NCBI GenBank assembly: GCA_038918635.1
Contig: JBCKZY010000003.1
Span: forward strand, 6,073-70,072
Length of the DNA stretch: 64,000 bases
From: Thermodesulfovibrionia bacterium
Lineage (GTDB): Bacteria > Nitrospirota > Thermodesulfovibrionia > UBA6902
Direction: 5' to 3'
Below the pieces are notes generated by a model. The model made no database searches and was not told the origin of the DNA. It saw only the letters and a list, made by a program, of their open reading frames with translations. Positions 18,612 to 28,542 of this stretch are shown in pieces (the stretch's first letter is position 1; each line of letters begins with the position of its first letter). A program made the position numbers and the translations under genes.

Positions 18612-19208
18612 ATGTCAAGGTTTAAAGATAGTGAAGAATATGAAGACTGGAAGGCCGAGAGACTGAAAAACCCTCATAAACCTGAAGAGCCCGAGCAGCC
18701 ACCTGAGCCGGACAGTAAGCCTGAGAATATAATAAAAAAATCCATTGCTGTAGGGATATTAATAGTTAGCATTTCTATCGGGTACTACTATCTTATATAC
18801 ATGCCTAAGCTTAATGCTCAGAAAGAGAGAGAACTGAAAGAGCAGAGCGCAAAGACGCTGCAGAAGGCTGAAGCAGAAGATAAGAAGAGAAAACAGGATG
18901 AACTTATAAGAAAGCTCAATGAGGAAGAGAAAAGAAAGCATTCAGAGAGAGAATCAGCATGGATAAAAGAAGAGTTAATGAAATCCCATTTGGAGACTGA
19001 AAGACAGAAGCGGGAAACGCTGAAGGAGGAAACCCTGAAAAAAGAGAGATTGAGCGATTGCATTGATAACGCGTGGGCGTCATATTATGAAAAATGGAAT
19101 ACAAATTGCGAAGAAATAGGTCTGAAAGACTCCTGTTCACTTCCTGCTGATGTTTCACAATCATATTCCGATGAACGCCAGAAGGCCCTGGATAATTGCA
19201 ATAAATAA
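18612..19208 (+). CDS. bitopic coiled-coil protein with a 4-Cys C-terminal domain, function unknown
   Basis: Acidic, proline-rich N-terminus, one TM segment (IAVGILIVSISIGYYYLIY), a K/E-rich predicted coiled coil, and a C-terminal segment with 4 Cys. It matches no family I recognise. Confidence 0.55.
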   Translation: MSRFKDSEEYEDWKAERLKNPHKPEEPEQPPEPDSKPENIIKKSIAVGILIVSISIGYYYLIYMPKLNAQKERELKEQSAKTLQKAEAEDKKRKQDELIRKLNEEEKRKHSERESAWIKEELMKSHLETERQKRETLKEETLKKERLSDCIDNAWASYYEKWNTNCEEIGLKDSCSLPADVSQSYSDERQKALDNCNK

Positions 19209-19359
19209 TATGTGCTTTTGCTACTATAAGTCTCTATAAAAGATGTCAATGCTTTTCCTGACTTGTTCAATAATACTATACAATCTTTTGAATAAGTCAA
19301 ACATCAAGAAGCCTTTTAAACACGCTCTTTCATTGATGCACAAAATATCTTAACCAATA

Positions 19360-19581
19360 ATGACAAACTCGTAATAAATCCTGAAAAGCATTTATTTGTC
19401 ATTCCCCGATACATCCCCGAAGAATCGGGACAGGCGGGACAGGCCCGTGAAGCTTGTCCCAGCAGGTAGTAAGCAGGGAACGGGAATCCAGTATTTTTAA
19501 ATAGTTACATGTTTCCTGGATACCCGCCGGAGTTTATCCCGAACTTTCGGGGCGGGTATGACGATTATTTACGAGTGCATC
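19360..19581. mobile_element. MITE-like element, family C (composite of smaller repeat modules)
   Basis: The ends CTCGTAATAAATC ... GATTATTTACGAGTGCATC are inverted. Internal modules (GTCATTCCCCGAT, CGGGACAGGC, GGATACCCGCCGGAGTTTATCCCGAACTTTCGGGGCGGGTATGACGA) recur at 34993-35231. Confidence 0.65.
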
Positions 19582-19886
19582 AATAATCTGATATGCCAGT
19601 ATTCAGATACCTTCCTGAAATCCTCCAAAATAAAATTTTTCGTTCAGTAATATCAGGCCTCATGTAAATATTTGTAAATTTTATTACATGAAGTCCAATT
19701 CTGCCAATCTTTTGATATACTGGTAGTACAACATATACTTCCACTAATCATTTTGTAAGGAATACATTTCAAAAGAATTGTTATTACCCAAATTGAGCGA
19801 TTAATGATACAAAAACCAGTTAATGTTTTGAAAATAAATATATTCAGAATATCCCAGAAATCACTATTTGGGTGAAGAAATAGTCT

Positions 19887-19956
19887 GTCATTCCGGACCC
19901 CGAAAAGAGACTCGGAACAGGCAAGCCGGTTTATCCCGACGGAGTCGGGGAATGAC
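19887..19956. repeat. GTCATTCC...GGAATGAC palindromic element, basic form
   Basis: A 70-bp unit whose two halves reappear as the outer parts of the 170-bp element at 23855-24024. Confidence 0.7.
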
Positions 19957-20028
19957 AAAATAAAGGAAAGAGTAGTAAGAATCGCTCAATTCAGGTATTA
20001 ATATAAAAACTTCCTGGGATGAAAAAAT

Positions 20029-20042
20029 ATGATTTATATCAT
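20029..20042. promoter_or_regulatory. candidate Crp/Fnr-family operator upstream of napA
   Basis: ATGAT-TTAT-ATCAT has inverted half-sites with a 4-nt spacer and resembles the FNR core TTGAT-N4-ATCAA. It lies about 100 bp upstream of the napA ATG. Confidence 0.25.
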
Positions 20043-20133
20043 ACCCATTTTTCTCTCTTCACAATAAACTTCTTATTAATTCATCATAACCCTTATATAT
20101 TTCAATTCCTATCATAAGCAAAGGAGGTTTACA

Positions 20134-22905
20134 ATGTTATTTTCCAGAAGACAGTTTCTTAAAATCACCGCGGCCGTCAGCGCTGCAACTGCCCTTGGAA
20201 TAAGCGTGCCTGATGAACTGATGGCTGTCGCAAAACAGACTCAGGCAGGATGGAGATGGGATAAATCGGTCTGCAGGTTCTGCGGTACCGGATGCGGCAT
20301 CATGATCGCTACAAAAAACGACATGATCGTCGCTGTCAAAGGAGATCCTCTGGCCCCTGTAAACATGGGCCTGAACTGTATTAAGGGGTATTTCAACGCA
20401 AAGATCATGTACGGTTCTGACAGATTATCGGAACCGCTGATGAGAGTAAACGGAAAAGGTGAGTTTGACAAGAAGGGTAAGTTTAAAGCCGTTACCTGGG
20501 AAAGGGCTTTTGATGAAATGACCGGGCAGTTCAAGAAATATTATGCCGAGCTTGGACCAAAGGGGATATCCATTTTCGGTTCCGGGCAATATACGATCAT
20601 GGAAGGGATTGCCGCTGTTAAACTGATTAAGGCCGGCTTCAGAAGTAATAACATTGATCCGAACGCCCGACACTGCATGGCAAGCGCGGTCGTAGGATTT
20701 ATTCAGACATTCGGCATTGACGAACCTGCCGGCAACTATGATGATATGCACCATGCGGACTCGATAGTCCTATGGGGCGCTAATATGGCTGAGATGCACC
20801 CTGTTCTCTGGTCAAAAATAACCGACAGAAAACTGAGTAAACCTGACCGGATAAAAATAGTGAATCTGTCCACTTTTAACAACAGGTGCTCGAATATCGC
20901 AGATCTTGAAATTATCTTCAAGCCAAATACTGACCTTGCAATCCTTAACTATATTGCCCGTGAAATCGTGTATAACCGTCCTGAAGCGATTGACTGGGAA
21001 TTCGTCAATAATAATTGTGTTTTTGCGACAGGTCCGGTAGATATCGGCTATGGAATGCGAGATGATATCAACCACGGTAAATTCAGTTCGAGTGAGTTGG
21101 ACACTGTAGCCATGCAGGCATCAAAAATTATTTCCCGGGATGAAGCACATGCAATGAGCTCTCTTGGGATCAAGGCAGGTTCAAGGATGCAGATGAAGAA
21201 CGCCAAGAAACCGGGTAAGCACTGGGCGATCAGTTTTGATGACTTCAAGAAAGGGCTTGAACCTTATACCCTGGATTTTGTGGCGAAACTGGCAAAAGGG
21301 GACCCGGATGAACCGCTGGATGAATTCAGGAAAAAACTGACAAAACTCGTTGATTATTACGCCGCAAAGGACAGAAAAGCCGTCAGTTTCTGGACAATGG
21401 GTTTTAACCAGCATGTACGCGGATCATGGGTAAATGAACAGATGTATATGGTCCACCTGCTTCTGGGGAAACAATCCCAACCCGGCAACGGCGCATTCAG
21501 CCTGACAGGACAGCCGAGCGCGTGCGGTACAGCACGAGAGGTCGGCACCTTCGCGCACCGGCTGCCTGCTGACATGGTGGTTGCAAATCCAGGGCACAGG
21601 AAGAAGTCTGAAAAGCTGTGGAAACTTCCCGAAGGCACACTGAATCCTGTCGTGGGATCGCATTACACAAAGATCATGAGAGACCTGGAGGACGGAAAGA
21701 TAAAGTGGACATGGGTACAGGTCAATAACCCCTGGCAGAATACAGCCAATATGAATCACTGGATCAAGGCAGCGAGGGAGATGGATAACTTCATTGTGGT
21801 CTCCGAAGCATACCCCGGCATCTCGGCAAAGGTAGCGGACCTGATACTGCCCAGTGCCATGATATTTGAAAAATGGGGCGCTTATGGCAATGCCGAACGA
21901 AGGACACAGCACTGGAAGCAGCAGGTTACCCCTATCGGTAAATCGATGTCAGATACATGGCAGATAGTGGAATTTGCAAAGAGGTTTACATTAGCCGAGG
22001 TCTGGAAAGCACATAAGATTAATGACAAAGTAACACTCCCTGATGTCCTTGCAAAGGCCAGGGAGATGGGATACAAAGAGACAGATACCCTGTATGACGT
22101 GCTTTATGCAAATAAGGAGGCCAAATCATATAAGTGGCCTGACCCTGTTGGTAAGGGGTTCTTCAACTCTGAAGCCGGTGGAGACAAGAGGGATGTCGAG
22201 GGTTTTAAAGGGTACGGCTTCTTCATTCAGAAATATCTCTGGGAGGAGTACCGGAGATTTGGTCAGGGCAATGGTCATGATCTGGCTGATTTTGATACCT
22301 ATCATAAGGTGAGGGGCCTTAAATGGCCTGTCATTAATGGCAAGGAGACAAGATGGAGATTCAATGCCGAGTATGACCCCTATGCAAAGGCAGCCAACCA
22401 TGGAAAATTCGCTTTTTATGGCAAGGCCTTAAAATCAATCCCAAAGGGAGACCTGTTCGGACCAAAAGGGGAAGAAAAGCTGAATCTCCCCAATAAAGCA
22501 AAAATATTTCTGAGGCATTATGCAGAACCCCCGGAGATGCCCGGAAGTGAGTATCCATTGTGGCTTTGTACCGGAAGGGTACTGGAACACTGGCACAGCG
22601 GGACGATGACGATGCGCGTTCCAGAACTCTACCGGGCAGTCCCTGAGGCTGTCTGTTTCATGAACCCCGGGGATGCAACAACCTATAATGTAAAGAACGG
22701 CCAGCTTATATGGATTGAATCAAGGCGAGGAAGGGTAAAGTCAAGAGTTGAGACAAGGGGAAGAAATAAGCCGCCGAGCGGCCTGATATTCGTTCCCTGG
22801 TTTGACGAACGGGTACTGATCAACAAGGTTACCCTTGACGCGACATGTCCTATGTCAAAGCAGACTGATTTTAAAAAGTGTGCCGTAAAGATATACAAGG
22901 CGTAA
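20134..22905 (+). CDS. napA: periplasmic nitrate reductase catalytic subunit NapA (long form)
   Basis: Tat signal [19 protein letters not shown], an N-terminal 4Fe-4S motif CRFCGTGCG...C, and molybdopterin oxidoreductase colinearity. It is 923 aa and is followed by napB. Confidence 0.9.
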   Translation: MLFSRRQFLKITAAVSAATALGISVPDELMAVAKQTQAGWRWDKSVCRFCGTGCGIMIATKNDMIVAVKGDPLAPVNMGLNCIKGYFNAKIMYGSDRLSEPLMRVNGKGEFDKKGKFKAVTWERAFDEMTGQFKKYYAELGPKGISIFGSGQYTIMEGIAAVKLIKAGFRSNNIDPNARHCMASAVVGFIQTFGIDEPAGNYDDMHHADSIVLWGANMAEMHPVLWSKITDRKLSKPDRIKIVNLSTFNNRCSNIADLEIIFKPNTDLAILNYIAREIVYNRPEAIDWEFVNNNCVFATGPVDIGYGMRDDINHGKFSSSELDTVAMQASKIISRDEAHAMSSLGIKAGSRMQMKNAKKPGKHWAISFDDFKKGLEPYTLDFVAKLAKGDPDEPLDEFRKKLTKLVDYYAAKDRKAVSFWTMGFNQHVRGSWVNEQMYMVHLLLGKQSQPGNGAFSLTGQPSACGTAREVGTFAHRLPADMVVANPGHRKKSEKLWKLPEGTLNPVVGSHYTKIMRDLEDGKIKWTWVQVNNPWQNTANMNHWIKAAREMDNFIVVSEAYPGISAKVADLILPSAMIFEKWGAYGNAERRTQHWKQQVTPIGKSMSDTWQIVEFAKRFTLAEVWKAHKINDKVTLPDVLAKAREMGYKETDTLYDVLYANKEAKSYKWPDPVGKGFFNSEAGGDKRDVEGFKGYGFFIQKYLWEEYRRFGQGNGHDLADFDTYHKVRGLKWPVINGKETRWRFNAEYDPYAKAANHGKFAFYGKALKSIPKGDLFGPKGEEKLNLPNKAKIFLRHYAEPPEMPGSEYPLWLCTGRVLEHWHSGTMTMRVPELYRAVPEAVCFMNPGDATTYNVKNGQLIWIESRRGRVKSRVETRGRNKPPSGLIFVPWFDERVLINKVTLDATCPMSKQTDFKKCAVKIYKA

Positions 22906-22963
22906 AATTGATCTGAATATGACACGTTACAACTTTTCAATAAATAATGGGGGGTGATGTTTT

Positions 22964-23509
22964 ATGTCATTTTATGAAAAAAAATGTCTGATAGTAGTAC
23001 TGGCACTGATTTCCATATTCGCGATCTCATCTGTTTATGCTGAAACAGATGAGATATCAGAGGAGGAGCTTGGGATCAGAAAAGAGACGCTGTACGATGA
23101 AAATAAGACGACCCCGGTTTACGGGGAACCGCTTAAAGAAGAAGCCGGTGACAGCACCAGAATTGAGAGGGCGTTTGAAAACAGTCCTCCCCTTATCCCT
23201 CATGACATTACAGGGATGCTGCCTATCGCGCAGACAGATAATATATGTATGGGGTGCCATATGCCTGAGGAGTCAGCGAGTTCAGGCGCGACACCTATCC
23301 CAAGATCGCATTTATTTGATCTCTCAACAGGGAAAGACCTGAAGGGAAAGCTTGACGGCAACCGTTTTAATTGCCTGCAATGCCATGTCATCCAGACAAC
23401 TGTCAGCCCCGCTGTCGAGAACCTCTTTAAAGGCGAATTCAGGGATGAGGATGACCGTTACAGGTCAAACCTGATAGATATCCTGAACGAAGGAGTAGAG
23501 GAAGATTAA
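22964..23509 (+). CDS. napB: diheme cytochrome c NapB
   Basis: Sec signal, two CxxCH motifs (CMGCH, CLQCH) and the NapB-typical PPLIPH segment. Confidence 0.85.
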   Translation: MSFYEKKCLIVVLALISIFAISSVYAETDEISEEELGIRKETLYDENKTTPVYGEPLKEEAGDSTRIERAFENSPPLIPHDITGMLPIAQTDNICMGCHMPEESASSGATPIPRSHLFDLSTGKDLKGKLDGNRFNCLQCHVIQTTVSPAVENLFKGEFRDEDDRYRSNLIDILNEGVEED

Positions 23510-23670
23510 GATGACATGTTGCAGGGGTTTATGGCATACTGATACCTGAAAAAAGTTGCATGAAAAGCGAGGATAACAAATGAAACCACAGAGGGCACTG
23601 AGAAAAACTCTGTGTTATAAAAAAGAAGTACCTTTAAAGCAATTAATAAGATATACGGTACTCAATTATT

Positions 23671-23820
23671 GATAAGCTCGTAATAAATCATGGGATGGCT
23701 AAGTAAAAATTTTGATATACAAGGCGTAGTGTATTTTTAAAGACGAGACTATACATATAGTATGTCGAGGATTTCAAAATACGCTGCAACGCAGTAGATC
23801 GGACTTTTTACGACGCCATC
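23671..23820. mobile_element. MITE-like element, family B copy 2
   Basis: Differs from 5897-6045 and 31483-31631 at only a handful of positions. Confidence 0.8.
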
Positions 23821-23854
23821 AATTATTAACCTAATGTCATGTCAAGTGTAAAGT

Positions 23855-24024
23855 GTCATTCCGGCTTGTCCGGAATCGTTCCCCTGTCTTTAATAAAGAT
23901 TCCGGACCCCGAAAAGAGACTCGGAACCCCGATAAATCGGGATCTCCGCACAGCTACGACAGGCAAGCCCTGAACCGTATGGTACAGGGCAAGCCGGTTT
24001 ATCCCGACGGAGTCGGGGAATGAC
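23855..24024. repeat. GTCATTCC...GGAATGAC element, expanded form with internal insertions
   Basis: The outer parts match 19887-19956. Extra internal modules are present (CCGGCTTGTCCGGAATCG, CCCCGATAAATCGGGATCTCC, CAGGGCAAGCC). Confidence 0.7.
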
Positions 24025-24062
24025 GAACAGTGGGCCATTATTAATTATATTTAGGAGATACT

Positions 24063-25241
24063 ATGTTTGAGTTCAAGAGAGTGAAACGCCTTCCGCCGTA
24101 TGTATTCTCTATAGTAAACCAGTTGAAAGCCGATGCAAGGCACAGGGGTGAGGATATTGTAGATCTGGGCATGGGCAACCCTGATCTTCCTACACCAAAA
24201 CATATCGTTGACAAGCTTATAGAAGCCGCGCAAAACCCAAAAAACCACAGGTATTCCGCGTCAAAGGGGATAACGCAATTAAGGCTTGCCATTTGCGAAT
24301 GGTATAAGAGGCGGTTTAATGTTGATCTGGATCATGATACCGAGGCGGTAATTACAATAGGTTCAAAGGAAGGGCTATCTCATCTTGCCTATGCAATGGT
24401 TGAACCCGGGGACCTTATTTTAACCCCGGCGCCTGCTTATCCTATTCATCCATACAGTTTTATACTTGCGGGAGGGGATGTGAGGAGTATCCCTATTCAG
24501 AAGGACACCGATTTTTTTGAGGGTGTGGAAGAGGCTTTCAGGTCAGCATGGCCAAAACCAAAAATATTGCTTATCAATTTCCCCCATAATCCTACCACAA
24601 CATGTACCGATATTGAGTTTTTCAGGAAGGTGGTTGATTTTGCTAAGGAGAATAATATTATAGTGCTTCATGATTTTGCATATGCCGACCTTACTTTTGA
24701 TGGTTATAAGCCGCCAAGTTTTCTACAGGTACCGGGGGCAAAAGATGTCGGAGTTGAATTTTTTTCGTTGACAAAAAGCTATTCAATGGCTGGCTGGAGG
24801 GTTGGGTTCTGTGTTGGCAACAGAGAAATTGTGAACGCTCTTACAACAATAAAAAGCTACCTTGATTATGGTATGTTTCAGCCGATACAGATTGCAAGCA
24901 TCATCGCTTTAAGGGGACCTCAGAGCTGTGTTGGAGAGATAGCCAAGACATACGAAAACCGCAGGAATGTATTGATAGAGGGTTTAAAGAACGCAGGGTG
25001 GATAATTGAGCCGCCCAAGGCAACCATGTTTGTATGGTCTGAGATACCTGAACAGTTCCGGAAGATGGGTTCGCTTGAGTTCTCCAAATTCCTTATTAAA
25101 GAAGCTGGGGTTGTTGTATCTCCGGGAATAGGTTTTGGTGAAAGCGGTGAAGGTTTTGTACGATTCGCGCTGGTTGAGAACGAGCACAGGATCAGGCAGG
25201 CAACAAGGGGTATCAAGAAGGCCCTGAATAAAGGTGGTTAA
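24063..25241 (+). CDS. class I/II PLP aminotransferase, AlaC(YfdZ)-like alanine/glutamate-pyruvate transaminase
   Basis: The N-terminus [33 protein letters not shown] and the motifs IGSKEG and [12 protein letters not shown] are colinear with the AlaC subgroup. Confidence 0.8.
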   Translation: MFEFKRVKRLPPYVFSIVNQLKADARHRGEDIVDLGMGNPDLPTPKHIVDKLIEAAQNPKNHRYSASKGITQLRLAICEWYKRRFNVDLDHDTEAVITIGSKEGLSHLAYAMVEPGDLILTPAPAYPIHPYSFILAGGDVRSIPIQKDTDFFEGVEEAFRSAWPKPKILLINFPHNPTTTCTDIEFFRKVVDFAKENNIIVLHDFAYADLTFDGYKPPSFLQVPGAKDVGVEFFSLTKSYSMAGWRVGFCVGNREIVNALTTIKSYLDYGMFQPIQIASIIALRGPQSCVGEIAKTYENRRNVLIEGLKNAGWIIEPPKATMFVWSEIPEQFRKMGSLEFSKFLIKEAGVVVSPGIGFGESGEGFVRFALVENEHRIRQATRGIKKALNKGG

Positions 25242-25250
25242 GCTTAAAAA

Positions 25251-25361
25251 TTAGCCACGAATTCACACGAATGATCTCTAATATACAGAAAAGAATTATT
25301 TTGTTTTTTATTTTCATTAAAGAATTATTATTTGTGTAAATTCGTGTTGATTCGTGGCTAA
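25251..25361. repeat. TAGCCAC...GTGGCTA hairpin element between convergent genes
   Basis: TTAGCCACGAATTCACACGAAT, an AT-rich spacer, then ATTCGTGTTGATTCGTGGCTAA. The arms are complementary apart from 2 mismatches. Confidence 0.75.
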
Positions 25362-25367
25362 AAAGTG

Positions 25368-26684
25368 CTAAAGACTCCCAGCCTCTTCCATTGCGGATTT
25401 AAAAGCCTTTACTACTTCCGGATCGAATTGAGTGCCTGAGTTTGCCACTATTTCATTCATGGCCGGCTTGAAATCCATCTGTTTCTTGTAAGATGTTTTA
25501 TTGGTCAGTACGTCAAAAACTTCAGCAACACAGAGAATTCTGGCTCCTAAAGGGATATCTTCTGCCTTTTTCTGCATCGGATAACCTGTTCCGTCATATC
25601 GTTCATGATGACTGAGAATGAGTTCAGCGGCATCATCCCATAAACTTATAGACTTGAGCATCTCATGTCCAAAACTGGGATGTGTCTTGAGCTTTTCAAG
25701 GTCAAGTGGAGACGGTTTTATAAGAAGGCTTGGATTGATCTTCAGGAATCCGACATCGTGCAGCAGGCTGGCATTATAAAGAACCTTTAATTTACTTTCG
25801 GTCATGCCGATTTTTTTCCCGATCATGTTTGCATAATTGGCGACACTCCTTGCGTGTCCCTTCTTGCCCTGAAAATTGTCCTGAGCTTCAATAAGTATGG
25901 TGGTTATATTAATTAAATCACTCTTCTGGGTTTCAAGGAATCTGCATTGTGAGATTGATATGGCTGCCTGGTCAGCAAGGCTGTGAAGAAGTTTATCATC
26001 TTCAGCTGTATAATCACCGTCCTTCCTGTTGAACACCTCGATTGCACCTATAACATTCTTGCCGTGAATAAGAGGCGAAACAAGTATGGACTTTGGATCT
26101 ATGCCCGTTTCATTATAAATGAGAGGGTTATATCTCTCATCTTTCCCGGGGTTGTTCGATATAAGTGATTTGCCATTTTCAATAACCCATCCAGAAAACC
26201 CTTCACCTTTTTCCACAATCCTGTCTGTCAGTTCCCTGGACCCTTTACCCTTAACTACATTATATTTTAAATTGCCTGAGTAGTCATATAGTAACAGCGA
26301 ACCTCCCTCTGAGGAGCTGAGACGTATAGCGGCTTTTACAATATTTTCTGAAAGAACGTCCAGGTATGGAGTTGTCCTGAAGAGTTTTGTGATATCAACA
26401 AGACTGTTTAATTTCATATGCAGGTTCTTGATCGATGATATGGATGAGTTGGTGGTTTTTACCGATACGGTGAGGCCAAGGAGTGAGAGAGTTACAGCAA
26501 GAACCAGAAGTATGGGTATGTGAATAGGCACCCCCTCTGAATTTCCTTCTATAACAATCGGATAAATATATTTAACAGCAAAATAAACCAGAAGGGCCAG
26601 CGGTATAATCGAACCTATAAAGTAAGATATCTTGATGGAGCGTTTTACAGAGCTATAGAAATCTTTATCTCCCGAAGGTTTCAT
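25368..26684 (-). CDS. membrane-anchored GAF / HD-GYP domain protein (putative c-di-GMP phosphodiesterase)
   Basis: Two N-terminal TM segments, a GAF-like middle region, and an HD domain with HHERYDGTGYP. Confidence 0.85.
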   Translation of the reverse strand: MKPSGDKDFYSSVKRSIKISYFIGSIIPLALLVYFAVKYIYPIVIEGNSEGVPIHIPILLVLAVTLSLLGLTVSVKTTNSSISSIKNLHMKLNSLVDITKLFRTTPYLDVLSENIVKAAIRLSSSEGGSLLLYDYSGNLKYNVVKGKGSRELTDRIVEKGEGFSGWVIENGKSLISNNPGKDERYNPLIYNETGIDPKSILVSPLIHGKNVIGAIEVFNRKDGDYTAEDDKLLHSLADQAAISISQCRFLETQKSDLINITTILIEAQDNFQGKKGHARSVANYANMIGKKIGMTESKLKVLYNASLLHDVGFLKINPSLLIKPSPLDLEKLKTHPSFGHEMLKSISLWDDAAELILSHHERYDGTGYPMQKKAEDIPLGARILCVAEVFDVLTNKTSYKKQMDFKPAMNEIVANSGTQFDPEVVKAFKSAMEEAGSL

Positions 26685-26958
26685 ATGCTTTGATTTTACA
26701 ACTATTTGGAAAAAGCGTCAATATCTTTTTCATTCTTTCGACTATATTATAATCCCGACTGATAATATCGGACAGAACTTGAAAAGTATAAGTATTTAGA
26801 GCATAATATTTAACTGATTTATTGTAACTTTTTAGGTGCAAAGTGACAAAGGCACATAGGTTAACTGAAATACAAGAAAAGTTTTTTATCTTTTTTTTCA
26901 CTTTGTGCCTTTGCCACTATTTCATGAAACAGTATCCACTGTGATACTGAAATATTAA

Positions 26959-28293
26959 TTGCTGAATTTTACTGAGGTGAATGTGGATCGAACATCAGTT
27001 ACAGTAGGGATTATCGGATTTGGGACAGTCGGGACCGGTGTCGCTAAAATACTCCTTAAGAAGAGAGAGGAGCTTCGCAGGAGACTCGGGTTCAGGATTG
27101 TTCTTAAGAAAATTGCTGACCTCGACATAAAGAGGGACAGAGGAGTAAGGCTTCCAAAGGGATTACTGGTTAACGATGCCGGGGCTGTTTTAAATGACCC
27201 TGATATTGATATTGTTGTAGAACTGATCGGGGGAATAAGACCCGCAAAAGATTTTATGCTGAAGGCTATTAAGAACGGCAAGCATGTTGTTACTGCCAAC
27301 AAAGCGCTTCTGGCAACAGCCGGAAAGGGGATATTCTCAGCCGCGGAGAGAGCCGGAGTGGAGGTCGGTTTTGAGGCATCGGTTGCCGGAAGCATACCGA
27401 TAATCAAGGTCATAAGGGAATCGCTGATAAGTGACAGGGTACAGGCTTTATATGGAATAATTAACGGGACATCAAATTATATTCTAAGCAGGATGACTGA
27501 AGAGGGTGTGGATTTTTCATCCACTCTCATGGAAGCCAAGAAGCTTGGTTATGCTGAGGCGGACCCCACATTTGACATTGATGGTACCGATTCAGCGCAT
27601 AAGCTTGCCATACTTCTTTCACTCTCGTTTGGCGTGCCATTTTCATTCAGGAGTATATATACAGAGGGGATTACAGGGATAACCCCCCTTGATATACAGT
27701 TTGCTTCAGAGTTCGGTTATAAGATAAAGTTACTGGCTATCGCGAAACTCTCTGGCAGGAATATTGAGGCAAGAGTTCATCCTACAATGCTGCCGGATGA
27801 CAATCTGATGTCAAGTGTTAACGGTGTGTATAACGCTATAAATGTGGATTCAGATGACGCAGGCCGTGCTCTTTACTATGGCAGGGGCGCCGGTGAAATG
27901 CCCACCGGAAGCGCTGTGGTAAGTGATATTGCCGATATAGCAAGGAACGTAGTGGCAGGGGTTCCCGGAAGAATACGCGGACTTGGAATGCCCGAGAAGA
28001 GCGGTCTCGACATTATGTCCATGGAGGAAATTAATACCTGCTACTATCTCAGGTTTTCTGTTATTGATAAGCCCGGTGTACTCTCAAGTATATCCGGCAT
28101 CCTTGGGAAGTGTAATATAAGCATAAAATCTGTTATACAGAAAGAGAGGAAGAGAGAAAAGACAGTTCCTCTCGTTATGATGACGCACAGGGCAAAAGAG
28201 AAAGATATCATAAGGGCTCTGAAGGTGATTAACAGACTCTCTGCCGTCAGCGGCAAGACCGCGTTAATCAGGGTTGAGAGTAAGGGTGAATAA
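26959..28293 (+). CDS. hom: homoserine dehydrogenase
   Basis: NAD-binding GFGTVGTG, the homoserine dehydrogenase catalytic core and a C-terminal ACT domain. It has a TTG start, with an alternative GTG at 26977. Confidence 0.9.
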   Translation: MLNFTEVNVDRTSVTVGIIGFGTVGTGVAKILLKKREELRRRLGFRIVLKKIADLDIKRDRGVRLPKGLLVNDAGAVLNDPDIDIVVELIGGIRPAKDFMLKAIKNGKHVVTANKALLATAGKGIFSAAERAGVEVGFEASVAGSIPIIKVIRESLISDRVQALYGIINGTSNYILSRMTEEGVDFSSTLMEAKKLGYAEADPTFDIDGTDSAHKLAILLSLSFGVPFSFRSIYTEGITGITPLDIQFASEFGYKIKLLAIAKLSGRNIEARVHPTMLPDDNLMSSVNGVYNAINVDSDDAGRALYYGRGAGEMPTGSAVVSDIADIARNVVAGVPGRIRGLGMPEKSGLDIMSMEEINTCYYLRFSVIDKPGVLSSISGILGKCNISIKSVIQKERKREKTVPLVMMTHRAKEKDIIRALKVINRLSAVSGKTALIRVESKGE

Positions 28294-28542
28294 GTGAGCG
28301 ACTTTAAGGTGGATAAGAAGCTTGATATAAGGGGTGTGGTATGTCCCTATACCCTCGTGAAGTCGAAACTGGCTGTTGAAGATGTTGAGGTCGGACAGAT
28401 CGTTGAAATATTACTGGACTATCCCGAGGCTGTGACCAGTATCCCAAAGGCTATGGAAAATTACGGTAATAAAGTGCTTAATGTTGAGAAGATAAATTCC
28501 ACCGAATGGAAGATACTTGTAAGAAAAGAGGTTGAAGATTGA
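28294..28542 (+). CDS. TusA/SirA-family sulfurtransferase
   Basis: 82 aa with the conserved Cys in DIRGVVCPYTLVK. The GTG start follows directly after the hom stop. Confidence 0.8.
   Translation: MSDFKVDKKLDIRGVVCPYTLVKSKLAVEDVEVGQIVEILLDYPEAVTSIPKAMENYGNKVLNVEKINSTEWKILVRKEVED

Noticed and set aside
19653-19958. 101-aa ORF on the minus strand in the napA upstream desert
   Set aside because: Its N-terminus is translated from the GTCATTCC...GGAATGAC repeat, and the same peptide start appears in the spurious ORF 23856-24038. The remainder has no RBS, no motif and odd composition.
20241-22940. A ladder of 60-160-aa ORFs on both strands within napA
   Set aside because: All are nested in the well-supported 923-aa NapA frame and have no recognisable features. 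They are typical shadow ORFs.
23570-23665. 30-codon ORF (MKPQRALRKTLCYKKEVPLKQLIRYTVLNY) downstream of napB
   Set aside because: It overlaps a CACAGAG...CTCTGTG hairpin and has only a weak RBS. It matches no conserved pattern I recognise, so it is likely non-coding.
26685-26958. Amino-acid-responsive riboswitch or T-box leaders upstream of hom, the ThrC paralog (29343-29493), the sulfur carrier (31025-31160) and lysC (36498-36731)
   Set aside because: I could not recognise SAM-I, lysine (L-box) or T-box conserved cores. These spacers are instead occupied by the hairpin/MITE repeat families. A covariance-model scan would be needed to be certain.
26955-27413. 152-aa antisense ORF over the 5-prime part of hom
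   Set aside because: It is a shadow ORF opposite a confidently identified homoserine dehydrogenase, with a low-complexity Ser/Pro/Thr-rich translation.
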